From Malacoraja senta (Eukaryota): DNA of 64,000 bases. Location of the stretch: assembly GCA_038087875.1 (NCBI GenBank), contig CM075996.1, positions 374,001-438,000 on the forward strand, read 5' to 3'. A program made the translations under genes and the position numbers. This document shows, one piece after another, positions 51,720 to 63,304 of this stretch (its first letter is position 1; the number at the start of each line of letters is the position of its first letter). Below the pieces are notes generated by a model. That model made no database searches and was not told the origin of the DNA. It saw only the letters and a program-made list of their open reading frames with translations.

Positions 51720-52490
51720 CTTTTGTCTACCTTAAATAAACGAGCTGACAATCTGTTAACGTCACGGGATCTTCCAACATGGAGGACCGCGTCAGACTTT
51801 GAGCTGAGGCCTCTGGGGGTGGGGATTGAACCCACAACCGACTGACTGCCACAGCTGACAGGGAGCTGAGAGTCGAGTCAGAGGGGATATTCCCACTGCA
51901 TCATGGAGGTGCCAGTGGGAAGTTATCAGGAGAGCTGTCAACCTGTGGAAGCAGACTGGGCCATGCCAGTTATTAATCAGGATTAGTACACTGCGGCGTG
52001 CTGCCGGCTCTGATAACATCACATTAAATGGCTGCCTGCTCTCTGAACCATTCATCAGTTCTGCTTGGCAAAGATAAGGAGCTCGTTTTGTCCGATTCAT
52101 CGGTTTGAAGCTTTCCCCTACCACTTTCAGATCTCGTGTGATAGGCGAGAGTTTTTTTTTTTTCAAATGCGCACTAAACAATGAAACTGTGAGAAATGTC
52201 CGCCCACGTCCCATTTTTACATGTGCAGATGCTGGTTTAAACCGAAGATAGACACAAAAAGCTGGAGTCACTCAGCGGGACAGGCAGCATCTCTGGAGAG
52301 AAGGAATGGGTGACGTTTCGGGTCGGGACCCATCTTCGTTCCTCACTCCCGCAGGACTGCCCCCTCAGTCTGAACAAGGGTCTCCACCCGGAACGTCGCC
52401 CATTCCTTCTCTCCAGAGATGCTGCCTGTCCCGCTGAGTTGCTCCTGCATTCTGTGTCTGTCTTTAGTGATTTCAAGCAATTCTGCTTTG

Positions 52491-52801
52491 GGTGGCACTG
52501 TGGCTCAGCGGTAGAGTTGCTGCCTCACAGCGCCAGAGACCCGGGTTCGATCCTGACCTCGGTTGCTCTCTGTACGGAGTTTGCACGTTCTCCCCGTGAC
52601 CTGCGTGGGTTTTCTCCGGGTGCTCCGGTTTCCTCCCACACTCCAAAGACGTGCAGGTTGCAGGTTAATTGGCTTGGTATAAATGTAAATTGTCCCTGGT
52701 GTGTGTGTGGAAAGTGTTAATGTGCGGGGATCGCTGGTCGGCGCGGACTCAAGGGCCGAAGGGCCCGTTTCCGCGCTGTATCTCTAAACTAAACTAAACT
52801 A
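52491..52801 (+). mobile_element. HE1-like V-SINE, full length (representative of dozens of copies)
   Basis: tRNA-like head (TGGCTCAGCGG A box, GGTTCGATCC B box), V-domain GGAGTTTGCACGTTCTCCCCGTG..CTCCGGTTTCCTCCCAC, CR1-like tail GGGCCGAAGGGCC..(CTAAA)n. Confidence 0.9.
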
Positions 52802-52838
52802 AGCTTTTATGTAGGAAGGAACTGCAGATGCTGATTAA

Positions 52839-53027
52839 AGGGCCTGTCCCACTTGGCCGTCATTTGCGCATAATTTACGCGACATCATTTACGTGATGCG
52901 CGCATGGTGCGCGATGAGATAGGCAGTGACACGCAGCCGCGCGCGGCGCCGCAGGATTTTGTGATGTACAAAATCTTCGTGCGCCATCTGCGTGACGCGC
53001 AAATGACGGCCAAGTGGGACAGGCCCT
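52839..53027. mobile_element. PIF/Harbinger-type MITE (internal family 6)
   Basis: TIR AGGGCCTGTCCCACTTGGCCGTCATTTGCG; T(T)AA flanks. Confidence 0.85.
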
Positions 53028-53623
53028 TTAAGCAGTAGACACAAAAACCTGGAGTAACTCAGAGGGTCAGACACCATCTCTGGAGAAAAATAATTGGTGA
53101 CGTTGTGGGTCGAGAAGAAGGGTCTCGACCTAAAAGGTCATCTATTCCTTTTTTCCAGAGATGCTGTCTGACCCGCTGAGTTGAAGCTGGACGATTATTT
53201 TTGCGGACACATAAGCATTATTATGACTTGTCACACAGCAAAAAGATTACGAGTATTCAGTGCTTCCCTTTAAATTGGCGTGATGGACACCTCTTTCAGA
53301 TCGCTGTGGCAGAGAAACTGACTGATTTATTCAACAATGTCAGCTTCACCGCTCATTCCATCCTGTGATCTGCTTCCAGCCACAACAGGAGTTTGCTGGG
53401 TCAGAGAAATCTTGCTTCAATCGCCCTGGGACCCGTGTTAATTCCATGGGTGAGGAACAGTAGCAGTAATCCAATGTGAAGTCCAGTGGGTTACTCTGCA
53501 GCACCAACATGCCATCTGACTCCTGGCCAGCACAGCGATCACGCATCAAAAAGGCACAAAGTGCTGGAGTAACTCAGTGGATCAGGCATCATCTCTGCAG
53601 ATAGACCGAAAAAGCTGGAGTAA

Positions 53624-54143
53624 ACAGCCTGTCCCACTTGGGCGATCTAATCCTCGAGTTCTGGCGAGTTTGCCCTAGACTCATACTCGCAGCATGGTCG
53701 ACACGAGGTCGTAGGAGGTCTTCGTAACTCTCCTTCATGCTCCAGAGTGGTCTCCACGTACTCGAGGCCTCAGCTAGGTCGCGGCGTTTTTTTCAATATG
53801 TTAAAAAATGCCCACGAGTAAAAAAAGGTCGCCATGGAAAAAATCGACACTTTTTTTACTCGTAGGTTTATTCGTAGTAGGTCGACATGTTAGTCGTAGG
53901 TAGTCGAGGGTAGTCGAAGGTAGTCGTAGATAGTCTTCATCATAGTCGAAGGGAGGTCGAAGGAGATCGAAGGAGGTCGTCTTCACTCTCCGCTATTCGG
54001 TGTCCAATTTTCCCAAAGTTAGTCGTAGCTAGTTGAAGCTAGTCTTCAACATAGTCGAACAAAGTCGATGGAGGTCTTCAACATGTCATTTTTTCAAACG
54101 CTCCTAAACTCGCCAATTAGGTTGCCCAAGTGGGACAGCCCCT
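53624..54143. mobile_element. PIF/Harbinger-type MITE (internal family 7)
   Basis: ..CTGTCCCACTTGGGC..CTAAT TIR; TAA TSD at 53621-53623 and 54144-54146 restores the host GCTGGAGTAACTCAGC. Confidence 0.85.
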
Positions 54144-54339
54144 TAACTCAGCGGGACAGGCAGCGTATCTGGAGAGAAGGGATTCGGTTCAAGACTCTTC
54201 TTCAGAGTGGTTAGGGAGAAGGGAAACGAGAGATATGAACGATGAGAGATGCATCCATGTGGAGAGATGAAGAACAAAGAATGAAAGATATGCAATAAAA
54301 GTAACGATGTTAAAGGAAACTGGCCATTGTTTGCTGTTA

Positions 54340-54576
54340 AGGGTCTGTCCCGCTTGGCGATTTTTTCGGTGACTACCGGCGTCATTGACTGACGTACCAG
54401 GGTTGCCGAAAGATTTTGAACATTTCAAAATCCAACGGCGACAAAAAAAATGTTGCATCACTTGAGGAGACACCGTGCGTCAATACGTCATCACGCCGCG
54501 TCTTTTTCGGTGACCTGATACGTCAGTCAATGATGCCGACAGTCACCGAAAAAAATCGCCAAGTGGGACAGGCCCT
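54340..54576. mobile_element. PIF/Harbinger-type MITE (internal family 4)
   Basis: Same TIR and interior as 36171-36408. Confidence 0.85.
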
Positions 54577-55641
54577 TAAGTTGAGTGTAAACGAGAAGCT
54601 GGTGCGACTTCGGTGGAGGAGGGATAGAGAGCGAGGGAATGCCGGGGCTACCTGAAGTTAGAGAAATCAATATTCGTACCACTGGGCTGTAGGTAGCCCA
54701 AGCGAAATATGCGATGCTGTTCCTCCAATTTGCGTCATCTCTGGCGAACTTGGATAGGCGAATTAAGACATTGGTGAAGCTTCATAAGTGATAGGAGCAG
54801 AATTAGGCCATTTGGCCCATCAAGTCTACTCTGCCATTCAATCATGGCTGATCTATCTTCCCCTCTCAACCCCATTCTCCTCCCCATAACCCTAACACCC
54901 ATACTAATCAAGAATTACTCCAAGGAATGTCCTTTAATTCTGAGGCTATGACCTCTAGTCCTAGACTCTCCCACCAGTGAAAAAATCCTCTCCACATCCA
55001 CTCTATCCAGGCCTTTCACTATTCGGGTATCGTGTTCAGTTTTGGTCACTTTGTTATAGGAAAGCTGTTGCCACAGTTTAAGATTAAGGAGTAAGCCATT
55101 TAGAACGGAGACGAGGAAACACTTTTTCTCACAGAGAGTGGTGAGTCTGTGGAATTCTCTGCCTCAGAGGGCGGTGGAGGCAGGTTCTCTGGATACTTTC
55201 AAGAGAGAGCTAGATAGGGCTTAAAAATAGCGGAGTCAAGGGATATGGGGAGAAGGCAGGAACGGGGTACTGATTGGGAATGATCAGCCATGATCACATT
55301 GAATGGCGTTGCTGGCTCGAAGGGCCGAATGGCCTACTCCTGCACCTATTGTCTATTGTCTATTGTCAAGCTGGAAAGAGTGCAGAGAAGATTTACGAGC
55401 ATGTTGCCAGGACTTGAGGGACCTGAGCTTTTGAGCAGGCTAGGACATTATTCCTTGGTGAAAGGAGGATGAGGGTTGATCTTAGAGAGGTGTGTAAAAT
55501 TATGAGAGAAATAGATCGGGTAGACACACAGAGTCCATTTGGCCCGTCAAGTGTGCAATAGATCAATTAGGCCTAATTAAATGGAACGTCGCAGTTTATG
55601 GAATCTTGTTTTCGGCTTTCTTTGACCGCATACCTCCAATA

Positions 55642-55961
55642 GGGCGTCACGGTGGCGCAGCGGTAGAGTTGCTGCCTAACAGCGCTTACAGCGCCAGAGA
55701 CCCAGGTACGTTCCTGACTGCACAGAGTTTGTACGTTTTCTCCCCGTGACCTGCGTGGGTTTTCTCCGAGATCTTCAGTTTCTTCCCGCACTCCAAAGAC
55801 GTACAGGTTTGTAGGTTAATTGGCTTGGTACAAAAATGTAACAATTGTCCCTGGTGCGTGTAGGACAGTGTCAATGCGCGGGGATCGCTGGTCGTGCGCG
55901 GACCCGGTGAGCCAAAGGGCTTGTTTCCCGCGCTGGCTCTCTAAACTGAGCTAAACTAAAC
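55642..55961 (+). mobile_element. HE1-like V-SINE
   Basis: Full structure. Other near-full copies at ~21160-21466(-), 21893-22196(+), 34180-34482(-), 37058-37360(+), 39395-39685(-), 46825-47100(-), 50838-51150(+) and 59398-59652(-). Confidence 0.88.
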
Positions 55962-56808
55962 CAATCAGTCTGAAGAAGGGTCTCGACCCGAAACGTCACC
56001 CATTCCTTCTCTCCAGAGATGCTGCCTGTCCCGCTGAGTTACTCCAGCCTTTTGGTGCCTATCTTGAAACCAAACTAATAGCTGGTTTCAGAGGCATCTA
56101 TATCCATCAGAGATCTTGGAGGGATTTCACAAGTTGCGAAGTAAACACAAGGCCTTGACATTTGATGACTTGTCGTCCTCTTGCCTTGATGTTGACTGCA
56201 GGGACAAAACCATCATCCATCTTGTGGTTCAATGTGACAGCTGAAATGAGCAAACATCCTGGTGAAGACTTGAACATCAATGCCTCCAGGTCTGCTTTAA
56301 CCTACATTATGCCGGAGCGACTCTCTCTCTGCCTTCATGCCAGTTGTGCCCAGCTCACTGCCACCTTCTCTTTACCTTCGTCGTGGAGCGGTTGCCACCT
56401 CACAGAGCCAGAGACCCGGGTTCGATCCTGACTACGGGTGCTGTCTGTGCGGAGTTTGCATGTTCTTCCCCGTGACCGCGTGGGTTTTCTCCGGGCTGCT
56501 CCGGTTTCCTCCCGCACTCCAAAGATGTACAGGTTTGTAGGTTAACTGGCTTTGGTAAAATATTGTAAATTGTCCCTAGTGTGTGTGTGATAGATTGTTT
56601 TTTGTTGATCCCTGACCCTGGGGCCAAGTCTTGGTGCATCTCCACTATCTATTCCCCTCATAACCTCTATAAGATTCCCTCTCATCCTCCTGCACTCCAA
56701 GGAATACAGCCCCAGCCTGCTCAACCTCTCCCTGTAGCACAGGCCCTCAAGTCCTGGCAACACCCTTGTAAATCTTTGTGTTCTGCAACTGTAACTATTG
56801 TAATATAG

Positions 56809-57240
56809 TCATCTTCTTCGGCCCCCTGCCGTCATGGCTGACCATGGGTGTCTCCAGGGTGCTATTCCCTAGATGGAGGACGCCTGTGCGTGACTTTGTT
56901 TAACGTGGGAGACTGGTGCACAGACAGCCACCCCACGGTCCTTGACAGATCTAGGTCAGGATCCAGTGGCATGGAGTCCAAGACGACCGGAGACCCTTTT
57001 CTGCTGCAGCCTTCATCCGCCTTCCCAGCTGTTGTGACGCTCCACTAAGGTCAGCCATCGTCCTCCGCCTGTTCCACCGTTGAGGTCTTGGTTGGATTGC
57101 TCTTTGTCAGTGACCTCCCCCTCGACCTTACCGCCATGGGTGGCCCTACCAGGAGCATAGCTCCAGACGGCATCGCTCTCAGGATCTCAGGACCACACAA
57201 GCTTCTCCACCACGACAAGGTGACAATCCGCAGAGAAGCA
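56809..57240 (-). mobile_element. Short non-autonomous RTE-derived retroelement (5' UTR joined to 3' end)
   Basis: Minus-strand 5' end CACCTTGTCGTGGTGGAGAAGCTTGTGTG..GGTAGGGCCACCCATGGC resembles recalled RTE/Expander 5' UTRs. Short GAA tail. Approximate TSD TATTGTAA(T/C)AT(A/T)G at 56796-56808 and 57241-57253. Confidence 0.7.
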
Positions 57241-58348
57241 TATTGTAACATTGTAAAAAGTATTGTGACGTCTTATACCACTTCAGGGCTCCCGTCAGCC
57301 CTCTTCATTTCCATAACCGCACAGTTAGTATAGTTCAGTGTCGTTTAGAGATACAGCACGGAAACAGGCCCTGAGACCCACCAAGTCCGTACCGTCCAGG
57401 AAATGGGTGGGGGTTGGCACAGGAACGGGAGAGAGGGCAGTGGATGTCACTTAAGATTAGACAATTCCATATTCATACGGTATAGGAGAGAATTACAGAT
57501 GCTGGTTTACACCGAAGCTGGGCAAAAGAATGGGTGACGTCACTTATTCCTTCTCTCCAGAGATGCTAGCCTGCCCCGCTGAGTTACTCCAGCAATTTTG
57601 TGTTTATCCCCCATCTTCATACTGTAGGTTTGTGAGCGACCCAAGTGGAATATCCATTCATTTTCAACATTTTAATTTTGGAACAATTCCGGAAACACTG
57701 CAAACCATGATGCCGCAACGCCAAGGGTACTTGACCGACCAGGACCTAACGCTAGATACCCCCCCCAGTCATGAGCTGAAGGGTGCGGGTAATTTTGGGG
57801 CGGCACGGTGGCACAGCGGTAGAGTTGCCGCTTCACAGCGTGGGTTCGATCCTGTCTGTACGGAGTTTGTACGTTCTCCCAATTGGCTTACGCAAAAATT
57901 GTCCCTAGTGTGCAAGATGGCGCTAGTGTAAGGGAGGTGATCGCTGGTCGGCACGGACTGGGTTGTCCAAACGTCCTGTATCTCCAAAGGTTAAAGTCTA
58001 AATTTGTTCCACGAGTTCATTTGGGGAATTAATTTGCACATAAATGTATAAGGCTGCAAACAGAAGACGTTCTCACCCAACAAACAGCTAGCAATGTCCC
58101 TTTCCTTTAATCATTGTCACTTTTTTGCAGATCTTTCATTCATTGTTCTTTACCTCTCTACATCATCGTCTATATCTCTCCTTTCCCTCTCCCCGACTCT
58201 CAGTCTGAAAGAAGGGTCTCGACCCGAACCGTCTCCCATCCCTTCTCTCCAGAGATGCTGCCTGTCCCGCTGAGTTACTCCAGCTTTTTGTGTCTATCTT
58301 CGGTTTAAACCAGCATCTGCAGTTGCTTCCTACACAGAAGTGCTCAGT

Positions 58349-58369
58349 GGCCCTGTCCATGGTGCTGAA
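58349..58369 (-). promoter_or_regulatory. RE1/NRSE (REST/NRSF binding site)
   Basis: Reverse complement reads TTCAGCACCATGGACAGGGCC, 19/21 to the canonical TTCAGCACCACGGACAGCGCC, with both half-sites and the canonical 2-nt spacer. Lies in non-repeat-looking sequence just after a PLE end. Confidence 0.8.
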
Positions 58370-59661
58370 TAAACTCAACCTGCCTTTTACATTGAATCTG
58401 AAACAGGATCTCGGCTGAAACATTGCCTATCCATTTACCTCCACATGCGACTCCCTCATTTCCTTCATATCCTTCCCCCCCCCCCACCCCCCACCACTCC
58501 TGCTTGCACCTATTTCTCCCACCCCCCTCCCCTTCCACATACATCCTTTCCTCCGGCTTCACCGATTGCACCTCTTCAATCCTCCTGTCACACACCTTCA
58601 GTCTATCCATCCTCTGGCCTTTGTCCTCCCAATCTGCCTATGGAGAAACCTCCTGACTATCAACCTATTCCCTGACAGGCTTGTCCTACCCTCCTCTATT
58701 ACAGCTTTCTTCCCCCCCCACCCTTTACCTCAGTCCCCCCCCCCCCAGTTCCCCCCCCCCCAAGAAGGGTCCTGACACAAAATGTCACTTGTCCATGTTC
58801 TCCAGCGATACTGCCCGACCCACTGAGTTATTCCAGCACTTTGCGCCATTTTTCTTTTGTAAACCAGCGTCCGCAGTTCCCTTGCATCCTTGGGGATGAT
58901 ACAGCGTGGAGATGGGCCTTTCGGCCCACCGCAGGTCACAGGGAGAAGGGACAAAACTCCGCAAGGGACAGCACCCGCAGCCAGAGGACCCGAGGTCAGG
59001 ATTGAACTTGGGTCTCCGTGGACATGCAGGTGAGACCAGTCTTAATCTGGCAGCGTGTTGTGGGCCGAAGGGCCCCCCTGTTCCTGTGCTTCACTGTCTC
59101 CATGGGATCCGACTCGGTGGGATTCACTTTGCAGACTGAGAGGATGATAATTTAACACGGCGAGCTGACGGCTTGGCAAAGGGCCCGCGGTTCCAGCTGC
59201 ATTGCCATCTGGGTTCAAACAGGGTTCGCAGTCAAGTGAACTGTCTGAGAAGGACATTTTGAAAAGTCAGGAGAGAGCTAAAGCCAAAACAAAACAAAAC
59301 AAAGAGGCTGAAGCAACAGGTTGAACTCACTGGGATGAAATATGTAGCGGGTAGGACAGTACAGCTCAGCCCACAATGTTTCTGCCGATGCCAAGTATAG
59401 TTTAGAGATATAGCACGGAAACAGGCCCTTCAGCCCATCGACGATCCCGCATATTAACACAGTCCTACACACACGAGGGACAATTTACCAAGCCAATTTA
59501 CCTACACACCTGTACGTAGTGTGGGGGGACACCGAAGATCTCGGGAGAAAACCCACGCGGTCACGGGGAGAACGGACAAAACTCCATGCGATCGAACCCG
59601 GTGCTGCATGCGCTGTAAGGCGACAACTCTACCGCTGCGCCACCGTGCTGCCCAAAAACAA

Positions 59662-59743
59662 TGGCAGCGGTGGGATTCGAACCCACACCGCCAAAGAGAC
59701 TGGAGCCTTGATCCAGTGCCTTAGACCGCTCGGCCACACCACC
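59662..59743 (-). pseudogene. tRNA-Leu(AAG)-like gene, probably decayed
   Basis: Reverse complement GGTGGTGTGGCCGAGCGGTCTAAGGCACTGGATCAAGGCTCCAGTCTCTTTGGCGGTGTGGGTTCGAATCCCACCGCTGCCA (82 nt). Has a long variable arm, intact A/B boxes and a downstream TTGTTTTT. U33 is C and several CpG-type transitions are present. Confidence 0.8.
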
Positions 59744-60162
59744 GGGTTACCAAGTTAAAAAAACTGAACTCACCTGCATGTACATGCAGACCCAGGTTCA
59801 ATCCTAACCTCGGGTCGTCTGGCTACAGATGATGTCCGTACGGAGTTTGTACGTTCCTCCTGTGACCGCAACATGATGCCGAGATGAACTGCCTGTACAT
59901 GATCCATATTTCAGTCTTAAGAATGGTCACGACCTGAAACGCCTGCCATCCTTTTTCTCCAGAGATGCTGCCTGGCCCACTGAGTTACTCCAGCACTTTG
60001 TGTCTATCTTTGGTATGAACCAGCATCAGCAGTTCTTTATTTCTACAAGTTCAGTTCAGTTTATTGTCACGTGGACCAAGGTACAGTGAATAGCTTTCTT
60101 GTTGCCTGCTATCCAGCGGAAAGAAAATATCGAGCCATTTACAGCATATAGATACATGGTAA

Positions 60163-60381
60163 AGGGCCTGTCCCACTTGAGCGACATTTGCGTCTCACGC
60201 AGATGGCGCGCGAAGATTTTGTGAATCCCCAAATCCTGGGGCGCCGCGGGCGACCGCGCGTCACTGCCTACTTCACCACGCACCATGCGCGCATCACGTG
60301 CTCGGCACAAGGGGTGCGTCGTGACGCGTAAAAGATGTCGCGTAAATTACGCGCAAATGACACCCAAGTGGGACAGGCCCT
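60163..60381. mobile_element. PIF/Harbinger-type MITE (internal family 6, opposite orientation) in a Rex1-like tail
   Basis: TAA TSD at 60160-60162 and 60382-60384; interior is the reverse complement of 52839-53027. Confidence 0.87.
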
Positions 60382-63304
60382 TAAGGGAATAACGTTTAGT
60401 GCAAGGTAAAGCCAGCAAAGTCCAATCAAAGATAGTCCAAGGGTCACCAGTGAGTGAGGTAGATAGTAGTTCAGCACTGCTCTCTGGTTGTGGTGGGATG
60501 GTTCAGTTGCCTGATAACAGCTGGGAAGAAACTGTCCCTGAATCTTGAAATGTGCGTCTTCACACTTCTGTACCTTTCGCCCGATGGGAGAGGGGAGAAG
60601 AGGAAGTGTTCTATACCCTACACTTCCATGTGCCTATCTAAAAGCCTCCTAAAGGTCACATACAGCAACCAGCTATGGACCCCGCGACTGGCCATTCAGT
60701 CCATCGTACCTATGCTAGTTCTTTCAACTTGATACGTATTTAAAATATAAACACAATTCTCTCTTGGAGTTCCCTGTTGAATTCCTATCCACAACATTTT
60801 CAGGCAGCACTATCCTGATCACGCCATTTTGCTCCTAAAGTTTTCTCAAATTTTAATTTTAAATTTGAATTCATCCTGGATGAGGAGAAGATGTTTCCAC
60901 TAGTGGGAGAGTCTGGGACTAGAGGTCACAGCCTCAGAATAAAAGGACGTTCTTTTAGGAAGGAGATGACGAGGAATTTCTTTAGTCAGAGGGTGGTGAG
61001 TCTGTGGAATTTATTGCCACAGAAGGCTGTGGAGGCCTAGTCAATGGATATTTTTAAGGCAGAGATAGATAGATTCTTGATTAGTGCAGGTGTCAGAGGA
61101 TATGGGGAGAGGTCAGGAGAATGGGGTTAGGAGGGAGAGATAGATCATTCTGAGGCTGTGACCTCTGGTCCTAGACTCTCCCACTAGTGGAGACATCCTC
61201 TCCACATCAACTCTATCTTGAGCCTTTCACTATGTGGTACATAGAAACATAGAAAATAGGTGCAGGAGGAGGCCATTCGGCCCTTTGAGCCAGCACATCG
61301 CCATTCATTGTGATCATGGTTGATCCTCCCCAATCAATAACCCGTGCCTGCCTTCTCCCCATTTCAATGACCCCCCCCCCCCCCTCTCCTCATTCTTCTA
61401 AATTCCAGCGAGCACAGGCCCAGTGCCGTCAAACGCTCACCATACGTTAACCCACTCATTCCCGGGATCGTTCTTGTAAACCTCCTCTGGACTCTCTCAC
61501 CAGAGCCAGCACATCCTTCCTCAGATATGGGGCCCCAAAACTGTTCGCAGTGCTCCAAATGCGGCCTGATTTTCCTGGGCTGTTTGCAGAACAGCAATTT
61601 GTTCTTCCCCCGCACAGTTAAAGCATGGAATAATCTTCACCCTACCATAGTTCCCCAACCAGATGCAACTAAATGTAAGGTAGCTCTTTCTCCCCAAAAA
61701 CCCTTCCTGGCTTAAGTCCTCCCTCCACCACCTCCAGTTTAAATTCCAATTTGGAATATTTTGGAGGGCCAAGAAACCAAGACACAGTCGCCGATTGGTG
61801 TTTTCCATTTGCCCCCAGAGTGACTATGTCTGCCGATGAGGGACAGCAGGGAATGGCCTTTCAAATCGTTCCCACGCGCCTTCCTGCTTCGAGCGGCAGC
61901 CAGCTGCCTCTCTGAAGCAAAAACCCGTGACGCTTCCATGTATCTTGTTACCTTAATGGAAATAAAACAGCAGCAAAGTACTCAGATGCCAGAAGATGAA
62001 GTGGCGGGGGATCGCTAATAGATTATATCTTCATTAAGGGAATTGTAAAACCCGCTCGTGTTACACAGACGCATCCCACAGCCTTTAAACACTTGGTTCG
62101 TCATAATCCTCAACCTAATTACTCAGCCTGCTCTAACATGAAACACGCCATTATCTCCGAATTGGTTAACTTTCAATTTTCGCGGAAGCTAATTTAGTTT
62201 CTTAATTACTGTTTTCGATGAGTCGTAAGCATCCCTCTTCTTACCCAACCCTGACTCCTGACGTACATGTTTTACCGACCTGCGGTTTGGTGGCAGCTCA
62301 GCGGAGGATGGAGGGAGATGGGGGAGATGGGGGCGGGGCGGAGGTGGTAGGTGACAGAGAAATTGTGTTTCTTATTTTCTTTTGGTGCTCTTGAAATTGA
62401 ATTCTGTCCTTGATTTGTGTACTGTGGTGTTTTTATATTTAATTTATTCCGATTATGTGTTTTGTATTTTATTTTTTATTTTTGTATTTTTGTGATTCTA
62501 TGCATTGTAAGGTGTCCTTGGGTTTTAGAAAGGCGCCAGTAAATAAAATGATGATTATTATTATTATTAGAGAGGGGACGCGGGTCAGGGAGGAAAGGAG
62601 GGTGGCAGAGAGGGCAATGGAGCTAGGGGAGACTAGAAGGTAGAGAGGAGAGAGGAAAGTCGGACCAGGGGTCAGAGTTTTAGTTTGCGTAGTTCTTATT
62701 GTCCCATGTACCGAGGTACAGTGAAAAGCTTTTGTGTTGCCTGCTATCCAGCCAGCGGAAAGACAACAAATGTCAAGTCAAGTCAATTTTATTTCTATAG
62801 CTCATTTAAAAACAACTCTCGTTGACCAAAGTGCTTTACAATGGTGATTGTAATCGATCCATTTGCAGTGTGTAGAGACATGATGAGGGAATGACGTTTG
62901 GTGCAAGGTAAAGCCAGCAAAGTCCGATCAAGGATAGTCCGAGGGTCACCAATGAGGTAGATAGTGGTTCAGCGCTGCTCTCTGGTTGTGGTGGGATGGT
63001 TCAGTTGCCTGACGACAGCTGGAGAGAAGTAGCTGGGTACAGGGTGAGGGGAGGGGGAGGTGGGGTTGTTGAAGGGGGACAGGGATGGGAGGGAAGGAAG
63101 GAAGGAGTGAGGTGGGACTCGGGTTGGGGGAAGTGACGGGGGAGTGGCAGCACGGGTGGCGCAGCGGTAGAGTTGCTGCCTCACGGCGCCAGAGGCCCGG
63201 GTTCCATCCTGACTGCGGGCGCTGCCTGTACGGAGTTTGTACGTTCTCCCCGTGACCACGTGGGTTTTCTCCGGGTGCTCCGGTTTCCCCCCACACTCCA
63301 CAGA

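Noticed and set aside
52491..52565. SINE heads as tRNA genes
   Set aside because: A/B boxes run directly into the V-domain and no complete cloverleaf forms.
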